From: Flaccisagitta enflata
Taxonomy: Eukaryota
Reading direction: 5' to 3'
DNA: 64,000 bases
Assembly (NCBI GenBank): GCA_965153355.1
Contig: OZ231126.1
Location: 682,001-746,000, forward strand
Part shown: piece after piece, positions 1-13,973 of the stretch
Position numbering within the stretch: position 1 is the first letter of the stretch
Layout of the letters: each line of letters begins with the position of its first letter
The notes under the pieces: generated by a model
Seen by the model: only the letters and a program-made list of their open reading frames with translations
Told to the model about the DNA's origin: nothing
Databases searched by the model: none
Translations under genes and position numbers: made by a program

Positions 1-2926
1 AGGAAAAAATAGATGATCCATCATCTAAATTTGAGTTACATGTAACAACACATGCGGAAAGTGTGGGAGGAAAGTCAACAAAGTAAATATATCACTCCGA
101 TACCATAAAATTTGAACTAGAGGCACTACTTTCTGACAGAGGATTTGAGACAAAGATGATATCACTTTGGGGTTTTTTTTTCCAATTTTGTGTACGTCAT
201 GGGTATACAAATCAAGAACTATTTAGTGGAAAGAGCGGTTTTTGAAAGTGAAGAATTCATAATTTTCAGCTTTATTTTGCATAAGAATTTTGCAGTTTAG
301 TTTGACTCATTTTTAGTCGCGGACACGCGTCTCTACAACTTGCCGTGTCGGTCGTTCGGTCCGTCCATCGGTCCGTCCGTCTGTCCATCCGTCCGTCCGT
401 CCGTCCGTCCGAAATATTTTTGAATCGCGAGCAGTTTTTGCATTACTGCTCCTGCCCAACCGTCCGCGACTGGATTGCCGTGTATTTGGCCTTGTTTGAT
501 AGCATATTGTTAATCGTGGTGCAACTCCCTTTGATCTGATAAGTCGCACTGTACGGTTTTGATGAAAAATTCTTTTTTTTATATTTTTAGCCAACTCTGT
601 ATTTTTTCAAACGGCGGCTTAGAAAATGAAAATGTCATCTCTTTGCAGATCTCTTAAGTGCGACCTATTAAATAGGAAGAGGGAATTGCATCAAGATTAT
701 TTTGATTAAGTGTTATTGTAATTGTTATTTGGGTGTCAATCAATTTTGGAAACGCCAATCGGACATATGACCAAGCACAACCACAAATCAACTATCTTCA
801 CAATTTTTTTTTTTTAGTTTTTTTTTTTACTGTAAATCATGAAGAAACAAGCCCAGCACAGTCCTGCAGTACTCCAAAACTACAGACCGGCGGACGGATG
901 GACGGATGGACGGATGGACTGACACAGCAGGGTGTAAAGACGCGTGTCCGCGACTAAAACAAGTCTTCATGTCACCAGTAGAAAATATACGGAATATTTT
1001 TGTAAGAAAGCAAAAAAAGTAAAATAATCTCGATGCGCATGTTATGAAGTGGGTGCTTCATACCGAATGAATCTTGGGCCTAATTTCATGAAAAAAAAAC
1101 CTTAGGGGAAAGAATGACTAATCTGATTTGATATTTCCTTTTTTGGGCAGCGGCCCGAAGGGGCCGATGACCTATGCTTTCACACAGAAAGAAATTTTCT
1201 CCTCCTCCTTCTTCTCCTTCTCCTTCTCCTCCTCCTCCTCCTCCTTCTCCGTCCCCCCCCTGGCTTCCAAGCTCAAATCGCAGCCTCAAGCCCAAATCAC
1301 AGTCTCGAGCTTGAATCCCAGGCTCAGGGCTCAATTTCCAACCTTATGGCTTAAATCCCAGCTTCATCATTCATATTCCAATCTTTTGGCTCAAATCCCA
1401 GCCTTATGACTCAAATTACAGCCTTGCATAGGTCATCCGTTCCTTTGGGGCCTGCTGACCTCTCAAATCCCACCTCCTCCTTCCAAAGCCTAGTCTCAAG
1501 ACCAAAATCCTAGCTTTGAGGCTCAAATCCCCGCTTTGAAGCTCAAATCCCAGCCTTGAGGCTCAAATCTCAGTCTCCAGGCTAAAATCCCAGCCTCGAG
1601 GCTCAAATTCCAGCCCTTAAGCTCAAATCCCAGTCTCAAGGCACAAATCCCAGCCTCGAAGCTCAAATCCTAGCCTCAAAGCTCACATACCAGCTTCCAA
1701 GCTCAAATCCCTGCCCTGAAGCTCAAATCCCAACCTCAAAGCTCAAATCCCAGCCTCGAAGCTCAAATCTCAGCTTTGAAGCTGAAATCACAGCCTCGAA
1801 GCTCAAATCCCAGCCTCAAAGCCCTAATCCAAGCCTCAAGGCCCCAATCCCAGCCTCCAGGCCCTAATTCCAACCTTGAGGCCCAAATAAAAACAGCATA
1901 GGTCATCGGCCCCTTCGGGGCCGCTGCCCCTCTTACCACCTCACACCCACATACACTCACATAGGGGCAACGGGTACCGCTGACCATCTAACGCTTTTGC
2001 GACTATTTATTACTCCTCGACCCCGCAGAAGAAAAAGGAAGTTACCCTGATTTAACAAGTAAAGCGGGGTTACTATATTGATGAGGTCGGGTGTTCATAG
2101 GCGTACACACCCCCTATCCCCCACAACCCCCACCCCCCACACTTCATTCCACACCCACCCACTCCCCCACAACCCCCACCCACTCACCCACAACCCCCAC
2201 CCACTCCTCCCACAACCCCCACCCCCCCCCCCCAACACTTCATTCCACACACACACGGAATTCACTCGTCACTGCACTTTTGGACTTGTTTGTTACGGAT
2301 AGACCGTCGGACCGATGGACCAACGTACCGAGAGACCGACGTATGGACATACCTCTTAAAGAGTAGCGTGTCCGCAACTAACAAGTGACGCGGGGTCACA
2401 ATATCGTTGCGGACAGGTGGGCAGGGGCATCCTACCCCCATCCATGCCCCTCTCACGTACACACAAGAAACATCTAAAACACTCATTTTCGCACTTTTCG
2501 ACTCATGTCCACGGACGCACCGACGGACGGACGGACCGACCAATGGGCGGACAAAGCCTCTTATAGAGTTGCGTGTCCGCAACTTAAAAATCGTTATTGA
2601 AAGATTTTTTCTCCACTGTGGAAATATTTGATGTATAATTAGATAAATATGTGTTTACAAGTCAATTTCATAAATTCATTTTATTTCTCCTTTTCTTTTT
2701 TTTCTAATCAATGATAATGAAAACTCGGAAACCAATTTCCGGCAATCATTTTTTCCCATGGAAATTCTCTCTTATGAGTCGCGGACACGCGACTCTATTG
2801 GAGGCTTGTACTGTCTGTCGGTCCGTCCAATCGTCCGTCAGTCGGTCCATGACGCTCGAGTTGGAAAGTGTTATATTACATTCTTTAAGATTCCGTTAGT
2901 ACGTGTGTGTGTATGTGTGTGTGTGT

Positions 2927-3021
<95 letters not shown>

Positions 3022-3024
<3 letters not shown>

Positions 3025-4609
3025 GGCTGCAGAAAATTTTTGGCTTCCTACGAGCAAATTTTTTTAGTGGTGCCTTCCTATTGAAAGTGCGTATGATTCT
3101 CGCGACAACTTATAAGTTTTAGAATAGAAATAAAGGAATTGAATGATGACAAACAGTCCAAAAGTATGTTTCAAATCAAAACAAACAAATAAAAGCAAAA
3201 GACGATATTGAAAGTTTTACAGCACATATGAACCTCGATTCTATCTTTTAAGGTTATGGTTTCCTCATAATGTAGCTCTTGGGTGATTTGTGGAATTCTG
3301 GTTGCCTTTTTCTTTTTTTCTTAGCTTAAGTGTTTCACTTAGAATAGATGTTTGCAAAGATAGTTTTTCTTCATAAAAAACAAGGAGTGATGCACGTAGT
3401 AAATAGGCAGAGAGAGCGCACAAGGCACTCTTCTTTATTTTTCATAGGAGTATGGTGAGTAGTGTTCGCAAAAGCAGTGGATTTTTTTTCAGCTAGCAGA
3501 AAGCAGAAAAAACATTTTTCTGCTAGCACTGCTAGCAGTAAAGAGCAGTACTGCATGTATGCATAAACTAACTGTTATGCCTTTTCACTAACTAAAAATG
3601 GTTAAAAACTATCAAAGAAGAGAAAGTGTAAGGGACTTTCATATATGATTTAACACATTTGCATCAAACAGGCTGCAAAAAGGCCAGATACATGATACCA
3701 CAGTGTTGGATGGCTGAGCAGGGACAGTAATGCAAAAAACCACACACAAATCAAATGTTACTAACCAATTAGGTAGTTTTAGTGGTAATGTTATCCAACT
3801 TTCAAAATAATCACTTGGTTTTCAATGAATAATAATGAAGGAAGCCTAGAGGCCAACATTTTTGAATGGCATAATATATGAATTACTTTATCAGCAATCA
3901 TTGCTATAAGAATCCCAGTTGCACTTGATGCACATTCTCTCTCTCTATTAAAGTTGTGGTTGGTTTAGTTGAAAAAGGCCTTTAAAAGCTTTTTACTCAA
4001 AGGTATTTTTGTTATGTTTTGAGTCCAATAGATAATTCCAATTTAGCATGTCTCTTTGATTCTGGCTGTATCCTATCAGTTCAAGGTAATTGTCATGAAC
4101 AGCCTTTACATGTATATTTATATAAAATCAACATTTTCTAATGATTTTTTTATTACCCAAATCAAAAAAGAAAACCAAAGAAATCCTTGTAGATACCTTA
4201 TGTGGATTTTTAGTGGAAAACTGGACAAAAAAATGTAAAAATATTAGAATTTTCACTGCTACTTACTGCTAGCAGCTGAAAATTTTCTGCTAGCAGAGCA
4301 GTTTCAAATTACTGCTAGTAGCTCTGCTAGCAAATTGCCTGCTCGGGCAAACACTAATGGTGAGGGATATTGTTCAACTTGTCATATCTTCTTTTCATCT
4401 CTGTGTCATTCTAAACCTAATATCCTTCCTTCTTTCTTTACTCACACTTTTCCTTCTTCTCTTTTCTGTTTTTTTCTTCTTTTTTTTTCTTCTTCCTCTT
4501 TTTCTTTTCCTTTTTTTCTTTTCCCCTTTTTTTGCCCCTTCCCTTCCTACTGGCCTTCCTAGCTTCCTACGAGCGCCGCTCGCGTGCTCGGCTACTTTCT
4601 GCAGCCCTG
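3022..4609. mobile_element. TIR element (hAT-like ends) inserted in a (GT)n tract
   Basis: TIR CAGGGCTGCAGAAA / TTTCTGCAGCCCTG; TSD length ambiguous because both flanks are (GT)n. Confidence 0.8.
3460..4356. mobile_element. Non-autonomous hAT-type element nested in the previous element
   Basis: TAGTGTT...AACACTA ends, 8-bp TSD ATGGTGAG (3452-3459 and 4357-4364), subterminal CTGCTAGCAG repeats. Confidence 0.9.
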
Positions 4610-4653
4610 GTGTGTGTGTGTGGGTGCGTGCGTGCGTGCATGCGTGTGTGTGT

Positions 4654-4726
<73 letters not shown>

Positions 4727-7447
4727 TGTGTCTGTGTCTGTGTGTTTGATTGGAAGGGGGGGGGGGTGTTGTGAAAGAGGATGTGATGGGCGTGGTTTGG
4801 TGGGGGTGTTGTGTGCCCCTGCTCACCCGTCCGCAACAACATTGTGATTCCGTGTACATTACGATGGGAGCAATGAGGACCTAGATCATCCATCCATCCA
4901 TTCACGTCTCCATGCCAGTCCATAAGTCAGTCTGTCTTTCCCATGCTCGGTAGTTGGTCCATCATTATAAAGTTGAATCCCGCTCTAACGGATTTCAAGG
5001 CGCTATCAAATTTTACTTGTTACAAAAGGAATTCTCTCAGTGCCAATATAGGAAATAAAAAGAAATAAGTTGCGGGGACTATCATTTTGCATCCACTGTA
5101 GGGGGAATTCCGTAAGTTGCAGGTTTGTTTGAGCGGGGTTCAACTGTACTTAGTTAAAAAGTACCGCGTGGCTTCATCATCTTTGGCAGGCACTTAAGGA
5201 TGATTCATTCACTTCAGCGCTCATTCATTCATTCATTCATTCATTCATTCATTCACTCATTCATTCATTCATTCATTCATTGATTCATTCATTAATTCAT
5301 ATATTCATTCTTTAAGGCTCATTTCAATTGCAGTTTAACAAGTCCGATCGGGCAACGATGCGTCCTCTACTTATCTCTATGTAGAAAGAATTCCACGGTA
5401 ATTGCATATTGCAGTTCTTATTGTCAACATTGCTTTTCTTGGTTAAAAAATACATCATTCTATGAATATACCAATCAACAAAATATGAAGTTCTTGCTCT
5501 TTTATGTGATACTTAAATGACATAATAAAATAAAAACAATACTGCTTATTGCTAAGAGACCAGATTCATTTAAGTATTGACAAAAAGGATTTGCTATGAA
5601 AAAAAGTTGTGGAGGTGGGAGGGATGGGGTCAAAATTCAAGCAGAAAGAATTATTGGCATGGAAGGAGGTACTCCGAGGTAGTTATGTACCTCAAAAGAT
5701 GCGAGGACGCATCTAAAAATGATTGGGAGTGGTGTGGAAGGGATTGAATTGGCGATTGATGGATTTTTGAAGAAGGGTAACGGACGGACGGACAAACGGA
5801 CAGACCCTCTCATAGAGATGCGAGGACGCATCTAAAAAGATACCATCATTTGATGGTTTCAATTTATGTTGAATTATATTATATCATATAGAAACGTAAA
5901 TCAAAAACTTAGATTTTCTCAAAACTTGTTTTTCTAATCATCATTAGCAAGAGACTAGTCTCAGCTTTCATTTGATGTATCATATGATAAGGTTTTCGCG
6001 AATAGGGGTTATACAATTAGTATGACTTCATAAAAGTGTCTCAGAACATTTCTGTCGCGTATTCAACTGACAACTTGTTTCATTCATTCTGAATGAAAAT
6101 CTTTTCAGAGATCTTCTTTCATTTTCTATATGAATGTCAAATGCTGTTTCTTTGCTCTTGGCGTCTCAGGGCGTGGTCACAGAACAAAAATGAAAATAGA
6201 TTTGAAATCAGCAGACTTCGGGGATTCAGCAGGTAGCTTACCTTACCTTACCTGGACCTGGTTTGGCTTTTACAGCCTTGTCTTTAGGATATGATTGTCT
6301 CAGAGATTTATCACTCAATTTTTTAGGGAAAAAAGATCAACCCCATGATAATTGCTGCAATATATGATACATAATTATTCACTGAAACATTATTTTTGCA
6401 TACAAGTTCCGTGGGACTCTCTGAAACGCAAGAAGGAAATTCAAGCATTGCTTTTTTGATCGCTTTTTAAAGGAACTCGGCCAAGTTGACATCCTTAACG
6501 CATACACTTGAGGGTACTGGATCACAAGCAGTGTTGTCAATGGAGTCCATGATAAACAATAAGAATAAGATCTGGGCACGCTGTTTCTCCATCGGGCACA
6601 GTACAAATATGGGTATCGTGCCCGGCGTGCACGCTAAATAAATCACGAAGGCAAGGCCAGTTCACCATTATGTGGTGGTTTCAACGACTATTTTCTCAAC
6701 AAACATTTTCCGCGAGATTTCTTTCCTGAAAAGCTCATTCAAGAAGCATTAACTTCTTCATTGAAATCATTGTACTTCTACCTTTACTTCTATAAGAGGC
6801 AAAAATTGCCCAAATAGAGGGTATGATCAATGGTCCCCTAGAGTCAGTAATTTCTCTATGCTCAGGAATTAATAATGAACAAACATTTGCCTGCCTCTGT
6901 TTGCTACCGGTATTGGCTCAAACAAAGAATGCAGATTGAGGTCAGATTGGTACAACTGGAATCTGACTAATAGATGACAAGGTGTCTGTCAAAAAGATAC
7001 ACCCCTTTCTCCCCCCCCCCCCCACCAACCCAGAAGTATCTGAAACTCTTGTTTTTCCACTTTTCAACTCATGCTTACGGAACGACGGATTGACAGTCCG
7101 ACGGACCAATGGACGGACAAAGCCTCTTGTAGATTTGCGTGTCCGCAACATTTAAAAAAAATTCGTACTTATTAATTTCCATTTACGTAATTAAAATCTT
7201 ATTTTCTGGCAGAAACAATGGGAACATGATCTAGGCACTACATCATCAGTACATCATTGGAGCTTTGGTTGTAAAAATTTATTGCTTTGGACTTTGGTTG
7301 TGAGAGGAGTTTCTATCATAACAAATTTATGTATATACGGGGCATTGAAATTGCTTGGAAACATTCTTTTTGGTTTTAAATGCCAAAATTGAGTCTGGCC
7401 TATAGGAAAGCTGAATCAAACTCAGAATTCTGTTATGTCAGAGATTA

Positions 7448-7859
7448 GTACGCGAATCTATAAAAAAGCCGCACTTTTAGATAAAAAATTATTATACTGA
7501 ATTTCAAAATAATCAAGTAAAATCATAAACCATATTAAAGCTTTCAAAGAGAACTTTCATTTGGCTCCCATCTGGTATTTCTAGCTTTGTTCGTTTAGAA
7601 ATGGCATGAAGAAAAGTAAAAACATCGCCACTTTCAGTTGTGCAATCCTATTGAAAAATAAACATTTTTCCAAAATAGAGGTTCACTTTGACAAGCTCTA
7701 ACTTCTAATCGGTTTGAGATAGAAACCTGGGACTGGTCTAGAATGAAAAAAAATTCAAAAATCTTTAAAAATAGTTGAACAAAAAAATTTTAAAATAATT
7801 TTTTTCTGTCTCTTCCACTGACCTACAAAAGGGTGCGGCTTTTTTTTTTATTCGCGTAG
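7448..7859. mobile_element. TA-flanked MITE (same family at 17816-18412)
   Basis: TIR ACGCGAAT-An-GCCGCAC at both ends, TA flanks; internal sequence shared with 17816-18412. Confidence 0.8.
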
Positions 7860-8116
7860 TAGTACGTCAATGACTATTGGGCCACTGACTCATTATCTTG
7901 ACTCGCAAATGGAAATCGGCCACTTAGCATAACAAAAGAAATTATTTGACTCCACCGAAAAAAAATTCTCGAAATTCAATGACAAAAGAGCATAATCGTA
8001 TTTTTTTTTCCTTTCAAGATCAACATATATCCCGATATAAATGAGGGGGTTCCTTATTTGTCTGAATATATCTTTACATTATCCAAGACCTAAAATACCG
8101 TTCTTATTCCGTCACC

Positions 8117-8174
8117 ATGAATTTATGTTTCATTTTTGTTTTGGCTTCTTGCCATTTGTGTTACGTTGCTTCAG
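8117..8174 (+). CDS. Astacin-like gene, exon 1 (signal peptide MNLCFIFVLASCHLCYVAS)
   Basis: caccATG start context, hydrophobic 19-aa leader, donor CAG|gtgata; phase 1 matches the next exon. Confidence 0.65.
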
Positions 8175-8472
8175 GTGATATATGAATCATATGATAGCGA
8201 TTGATATGTTTAGTAATTAATGATAAGGTTTATGAAATGATTTTCGGGCAGTTGATGTTGCGTTGCTTTAGGTTAACCACACAGTCAATGGGCAAAACAC
8301 CTCAGGTGTATTTATCATTCCATTAGTTCTGACCTAACTTGAATATGCACAAAATATTGTAAGCAATAACCAGTGATTGTGATTACACCCGGCTGTAATT
8401 ACAAATTAAAATGTTGCAGCCGGCTGTAATAAAGCATTGGAGATGATTCTAATCGGCGCGTTATAGGCCCTC

Positions 8473-8884
8473 TTTTTAGTCGCGTGCACGCGACTCTACA
8501 CCCCGCTTTGTCCGTCCGTCGGTCCGTCGGTCCGTCGGTCCGTCCGTCCGTCCGTCCGTCGGTCCGTCACACTTTACTTTTTTTGTAATATAACGTCAAC
8601 TCTTAGGTAATTTTAGGTCTTTTTTAGTCATTAACAGTTATTCTAAGTCATTTTGAGTCATTCTAAGTCATTTTAAGTTATTCCGAGTCATTTTAAGTTA
8701 TTTTAGGTCATTTTTGGTCATTAGGTTTTTTGGTCATTTTAAGTCCTTTTTGGACATTTCAAGTCATTTTAAGTCATTCTAAGTCATTCTAAGTCATTCT
8801 AAGTCATTCTAAGTCATTCTAAGTCATTCTAAGTCATTTTTACCCTGTAAATCTCGCACGCGACTTATAGGTGTTGGCCTTGTT
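8473..8884 (+). mobile_element. Helentron/DINE-1-like non-autonomous element, family A type copy (others: 310-496, 14554-14731, 20231-20382, 23489-23718, 27699-27866, 29266-29916, 49992-50194, 63071-63577 and many fragments)
   Basis: T-run, palindrome AGTCGCGTGCACGCGACT, (GTCC/GTCG)n microsatellite, central AAGTCATTCT array, inverted CACGCGACT, terminal GGCCTTGTT; no TSD. Confidence 0.75.
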
Positions 8885-9528
8885 CCCTCCAAAATATTGA
8901 TGTCTTACTGATTTTTGAGAGAATTAAAACAGTTACCACGGGCACTTCGCCGAAATGAGAAAGCCAAAGCCAAAAGCAGACGGGAAAATCAATCTTGAAG
9001 TTTTTCTATTTTTTCTTCAACTTAAAAACCGAACATTGTTGCAACTAAAAATTTTCCTGACTGTTGTGGGTAGCTCCTTCATTTAAGCTCTTGCAGCGGT
9101 CTCATTATGAACTGATGAAAGTATTGTTATCTCAACCACTATCATCGCATACAATAATTTGTTCATTTTCAAAAAGTTGAGGCAAAGCTAACAGTATGAT
9201 TTATACACTTATAGTGTTTTGTTCATTGACTGTACAGTAATCAATAGATTAAGTAATTGGTAATTAACAATATGAATATTATCAGGATTACATTTGGTTG
9301 ATAAGCTACAATGTCAGCCGGTCCATCTTTCCCTCGTTAGTAACACTTTGCCTTTTTTTTAGTTTTTTGTTTTTAAGTCGCGTGCACGCGACTCATAAAC
9401 CGGTCAGTCCGTTGGTCGGTAACTTACGCTTTGCTCTTTCAGCGTTTACGCGCGGTTTTTACTGCTCCTTAAGATTGACCAAAAAACTTTGGGCTAACCG
9501 AGGCAAAGCAAAGAAATAAATAGTCATA

Positions 9529-10234
9529 CAGTAGATCCCGTCTAGACTTGAGATAACGGGGGCAAGCATTGTAGAAAAACAAATGAAAGCAGGTGAGTGA
9601 TATTTGAAAAATCAACAAATAAAGGGAGGCTTTATTGCCCATGATAGCTGGTTGCCATGGAAATGGATTTCTACGTATTTTCGAGAAATTTTTTGAGGGG
9701 ACATTTTCTTAAATTGAATTTGCCACAACTCTCTCACAGTATGTTCTGTAAGAATGTCGCTCGTTTAGTGGTTGCTAGGGGTTATCAAACAATTTTTCAA
9801 GTTAAAACAAGTCTTTTTATCTATATAAAAATATTAATCCAAAGGTTTCTGATAATTACTTCTTAAACCTAAAAGTAAGGGGTTATAGCCTAAGAATGGA
9901 TTTGTATGTATATGAGTGGAAGCATATATTGTACAGAAATAAAGCAACTTATACAATCTTTTGACAAGTAATTTTCAAGTATATTTTTCTATTTTTGTTG
10001 CACATGTCATGGATACGCTCCATAGCAACGGCCAAACGAGCGACATTCTTACAGAACTTGCTGTGGGAAAGTTGTAGCAAATATGATTTTAAGCAATGTT
10101 CCTTAAAAAGATATCTTAAAATATTGATATTTTAGCAATAATACATCGTCTATGATTCAAATATTACTCCCCTGGCTTCATTTGTCTTTCCACAATGCTT
10201 GCCCGGTTATCTCGAGTCTGGACAAGATCTACTG
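9529..10234. mobile_element. Tc1/mariner-type MITE with an internal fold-back (about 9690-10110)
   Basis: TIR CAGTAGATC...AGACT-GAGATAAC; 9720-9778 is the inverted counterpart of 10023-10080. Confidence 0.7.
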
Positions 10235-10465
10235 TGTACACTGTATATGGACAATTTGCATACAAGTTACGAATGCTGAAAATCGATTTGGTTCGATCAT
10301 GTATGACAAGTGGGACAATATCACTCACTGTTTCCAAATTGGAAGTATGGATAAGGGCCTTGTGATCCCTCCCTCACTGTAGTTACCACGGGCATCACTC
10401 CTAGATTTTCATATAGCAAAACTATGTGGACTGACATCCATACATGTTTAATTTTTGACTTAAAG

Positions 10466-10531
10466 GAGCGCTTCTGACTTCTGACGAAATCCTTCGTTTC
10501 AAGTCTCCAGTCAACGACAACGATGATTCAG
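10466..10531 (+). CDS. Astacin-like gene, exon 2 (GALLTSDEILRFKSPVNDNDDS)
   Basis: aaag acceptor, CAG|gtatgt donor, phase 1 to 1, open frame. Confidence 0.6.
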
Positions 10532-10661
10532 GTATGTATAAATAAATGTAGCGATGTATGGCAAGGGACTTCAGGGACATCACGTGACGTCCCTGCTGTC
10601 GGGCTTGAAAGTTTGTCGGGCTTAAAATTGTGTTGTGAAAAAAAATTTTGAAGTAAGGGAG

Positions 10662-10773
<112 letters not shown>

Positions 10774-10988
10774 GACAGACAGAGGCAGAGGTAGAGGCAG
10801 AGACAGAGAGAGAAAGATAGAGACAGACAGACAGATAGACACAACAGAAAAAAATTTATTTAATCAAGTCTTAAGGGGGAAATGATAAACTAGTTTGCAA
10901 AAAACAAAATGAGGCAAGGGCTTGATTGATATGTGTTGATATTTAGTATGTTGATAATTAGTATGCTTTACCCCTAATTGCTAAACAC

Positions 10989-11558
10989 TTTTTGGGCAGC
11001 GGCCCCAAAGGGCCGATGTCCTGCAGGACACAGGGGTGAATTTCCAGACGTCCGTCCGTCCATCCGTCCGTCCGTCCGTACGTCCCCCCCCCCAGGCCCC
11101 TCTCAGGCCCCAAATCAGCCCTCTCAGGCCCCAAGTCAGCCCTCTCAGACCCAAAATCACCCCTCTCAGGCCCAAAATCAGCGCTTCTAGATCCTTATTA
11201 GCTCACTCAAGCCCAAAATCAGCCCACTAAGGTACTACATCAGCCTTGTCAGGCCCAAAATCAACCATTTCAGGCCTGAAATCAGACCTCTCAAACCTAA
11301 TATCTGTCTCAATTCAGCCCTCAAAATGACCCTCTCAGGGTCAAATCTGCCCTCATCCCTAATCTCATTACTGTTCTCCAATCAATCAACTCAGTCCTTA
11401 AATGTGCTTTCTCAGGACATCTGGAAATTCACCCCTGTGTCCTACAGGACATCGGCCCTTTGAGGCCGCTGCCCTGCTCCCACTCAGCTTCTTCAGCTAA
11501 TCACTCCAAGCAGGGCATCGGGTACCGCTGACCATGTGCGATCCTTGGATGACTAGTT
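10989..11558 (+). mobile_element. Helentron/DINE-1-like element, family B type copy (others: 1139-2009, 29970-30482, 40899-41384, 45685-46229 minus, 46245-46540, 46549-47189, 56406-58875 split by insertions)
   Basis: TTTTGGGCAGCGGCCCC start, inverted GGCCGCTGCCC near the 3' end, (GTCC)n, internal arrays of about 21 bp, conserved GGGTACCGCTGACCA tail. Confidence 0.75.
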
Positions 11559-11600
11559 CTAGATATTTTTTTTGCACAACTCACTAAATTGTTAGAACTA

Positions 11601-11866
11601 CAGTTGAACCCCGCTCTAACGAATTTCAGGGAACCAATAATTTTTTTCAGTTGTAGGCGGAATTCTGTTATTGCCAACAAATAAAATAAAAGAAAATAAA
11701 AGAAAATAAAAGAAAATAAAATAAGATAAAATAAAATAAAATAAAATAAAATAAGATAAAATGAAATAAAATAAAATAAAAGAAATAACTTGAAAGGACT
11801 ATGAATTTGCATCTGTTATAGGCGGAATTCCGTTGGTGGTGGGTCCGTTAGAGCGGGGTTCAACTG
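11601..11866. mobile_element. Tc1/mariner-type MITE (related copy 4970-5146, partial copy about 53720-53821)
   Basis: Perfect TIR CAGTTGAACCCCGCTCTAACG with TA on both flanks. Confidence 0.9.
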
Positions 11867-12363
11867 TAATTAAGAACAGATCTATTACATATGCAAAGAA
11901 ATAACCATCTATATGAGAATCACTCTTTTATTTGTTTCTTTTTGTATAGTATTGGCTTAGAAAGCATAGAAATTATAGAAAATCAGTCAAAAGGCTGTCG
12001 TGCTATGAGTTGCTGTCGTGCTTGGAGTTGCTGTCATGCTTGGAGTTGCTGTCGTGCTTGGAATTGGGTTTGAAGTCCCTAGGCTCCAAGCTGCCATACA
12101 TCGCATAAGTAAGGATGTGTCTCCACTGAGGACAACGAACGCGATCAAACCCTCTCAAACGGATTAACAGCGTGAACGCATATTCAATTATTTGAACTCT
12201 CCCATAAGGGAGTTAGCTGAGTGAGTGGCGGAGTAAGCGGTACCAGGGAACCAATGTAGCGATCGATCGATCGAGTGGCCCGTTAAAAACGCGATCGTCT
12301 TGTGTTTACTGATAGCAATGGCAATGTTGTATCAATTTTTGTGAGGTTTTTTTATTTTTGCAG

Positions 12364-12428
12364 AAGTGGAAATCGACGAATTGATGCCATTTGGAGGAAG
12401 TGATGACGATGAAGCAAAAAAGGAAAAA
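12364..12428 (+). CDS. Astacin-like gene, exon 3 (EVEIDELMPFGGSDDDEAKKEK)
   Basis: Poly-T/tgcag acceptor, gtgagt donor, phase 1 to 0. Confidence 0.75.
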
Positions 12429-12436
12429 GTGAGTCC

Positions 12437-12713
12437 AGTCACTGACCATTTATTGGTCACTCACCATTTATTGGTCACTCACCATTTGATGGTCACTCAC
12501 CATTTAATGGTCACTGACCATTCATTGGTCACTCACCATTAATTGGTCACTCACCATTTATTGGTCACTCACTATTCATTGGTCACTTGCTATTCATCGG
12601 TCACTCACCATTTAATGGTCACTTACCAGTATTGGTCACTCACCATTTAATGGTCACTGATCATTTCTTGGTCACTAACCATTCATTGTTTACTCATCAT
12701 TTCTTGGTCACTC
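12437..12713. repeat. Minisatellite, unit about 19 bp (GGTCACTCACCATTTA(T/A)T), directly after astacin exon 3
   Basis: Directly visible tandem array. Confidence 0.92.
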
Positions 12714-13887
12714 AGCTCGAGTGTACTAGTCCTCTCTGATCTGTGTAATAATGGAAATCCATCGGAAAATACGCATCTTTCAGTCCAAGAAAATCATGAA
12801 ATGGAACCAAAGTTTCACTGGTATCTTTAGCAGGTCACGCGAAAAGTTTTTTGAAGTCTAAACATATCGTCATTATTCCATTGTACAACCCAGATTGCTT
12901 GTAATTTGCCTTTAACTATAGATTAGTCATCTGTTATATGCTACTGTATGCCACAGTCGCTTTATCGCTGATGAAAACAGAGAAATCATATAAAAATCCT
13001 GACTTACATGATCCCCCACATCAGACGTGTAACGATACTATCGACTGGACGATTAATCTGGTCGATTTTCTAAATTTCTGAATAATCTTCCTGATTCACC
13101 AAAACGCTTATGTATCGGGTCGATTTTTTGTCTTTTTTTCTGGCACAAAGGAACTTAGCTCAAATTTAGAAATGAGACTGATCTCTGGGTTTGAAATAAG
13201 AAATAAGCTTGTAAAATTGAATACTCTTGATATTGAATAGATAAAAACAGAATAATAAACAAATAGAGAAAAATTGTAGCTCACTGGAAAATGCAAGATT
13301 TCCCTCAATTTTGCAAATTAGAGAAACGCACGGGCGTGCCAGGCTGCTCAAAGCAGGATTTCTTGATGAAGGGATTATATCAAAGCCTTCTTTAAGTGCA
13401 ACCCTCTGATGGTTGGTTGGTTTGTTGGTTGGTTGGTTGGTTGGTTGGTCAGTTGGTCAGTCGGTCAGGCAAATACAACGTTTGAAATGCACAAAATGGC
13501 TGATTCTGACATCAAAATCTCTTTTACCAAAATGTTCCCCATTTTGAGTATGCTCTTGAACACTGGGTAGAAAAGTACATTCTGGCTTATTTGCAAAGTG
13601 ATGGGAACTATTTTTGTTTTTGCCAAAATTCAAGTGGTTCTTTACCAAGCAAAGGTGAAAAATGTCATATATCTTTTGTTGTGATACCAAGAGGCTTCTT
13701 AAACATGTTGCTCTGACTGTAAACAGAATTTGTAAATGGGAAAAAGGCTAACTGACAAAGAATCGACCTATGGTCGATACTGAGTCGATACTTTGTTTGG
13801 GATCGACCATGATTCGATCGACCTGGTCGATACTGTAAAAAGAAAAATCGTGACACCTCTGCCCCACATGATTGCAAACAATTTCAG

Positions 13888-13973
13888 CGATTTGACCACG
13901 ACATGACTCTTGGAGAACTGCTGGGCTCTTCATACATGGATGCAAGATTTGCTCCCAGCGATCAATCTTACGA
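13888..13973 (+). CDS. Astacin-like gene, exon 4 (RFDHDMTLGELLGSSYMDARFAPSDQSY), propeptide
   Basis: tttcag acceptor, gtaaga donor, phase 0 to 2. FDHDM resembles the astacin propeptide F-x-G-D-I aspartate-switch motif. Confidence 0.75.

Noticed and set aside
8272-8304. Candidate astacin exon 2 (tttag...CAG|gtgta)
   Set aside because: Gives an immediate TAA in the phase set by exon 1.
9651-9664. RFX X-box-like GTTGCCATGGAAAT
   Set aside because: Lies within a repeat in an intron; no evidence of regulatory function.
12437-12713. Regular short repeats resembling a CRISPR array (also 1490-1886, 16116-16344)
   Set aside because: Head-to-tail units without unique spacers, no cas genes, eukaryotic context.
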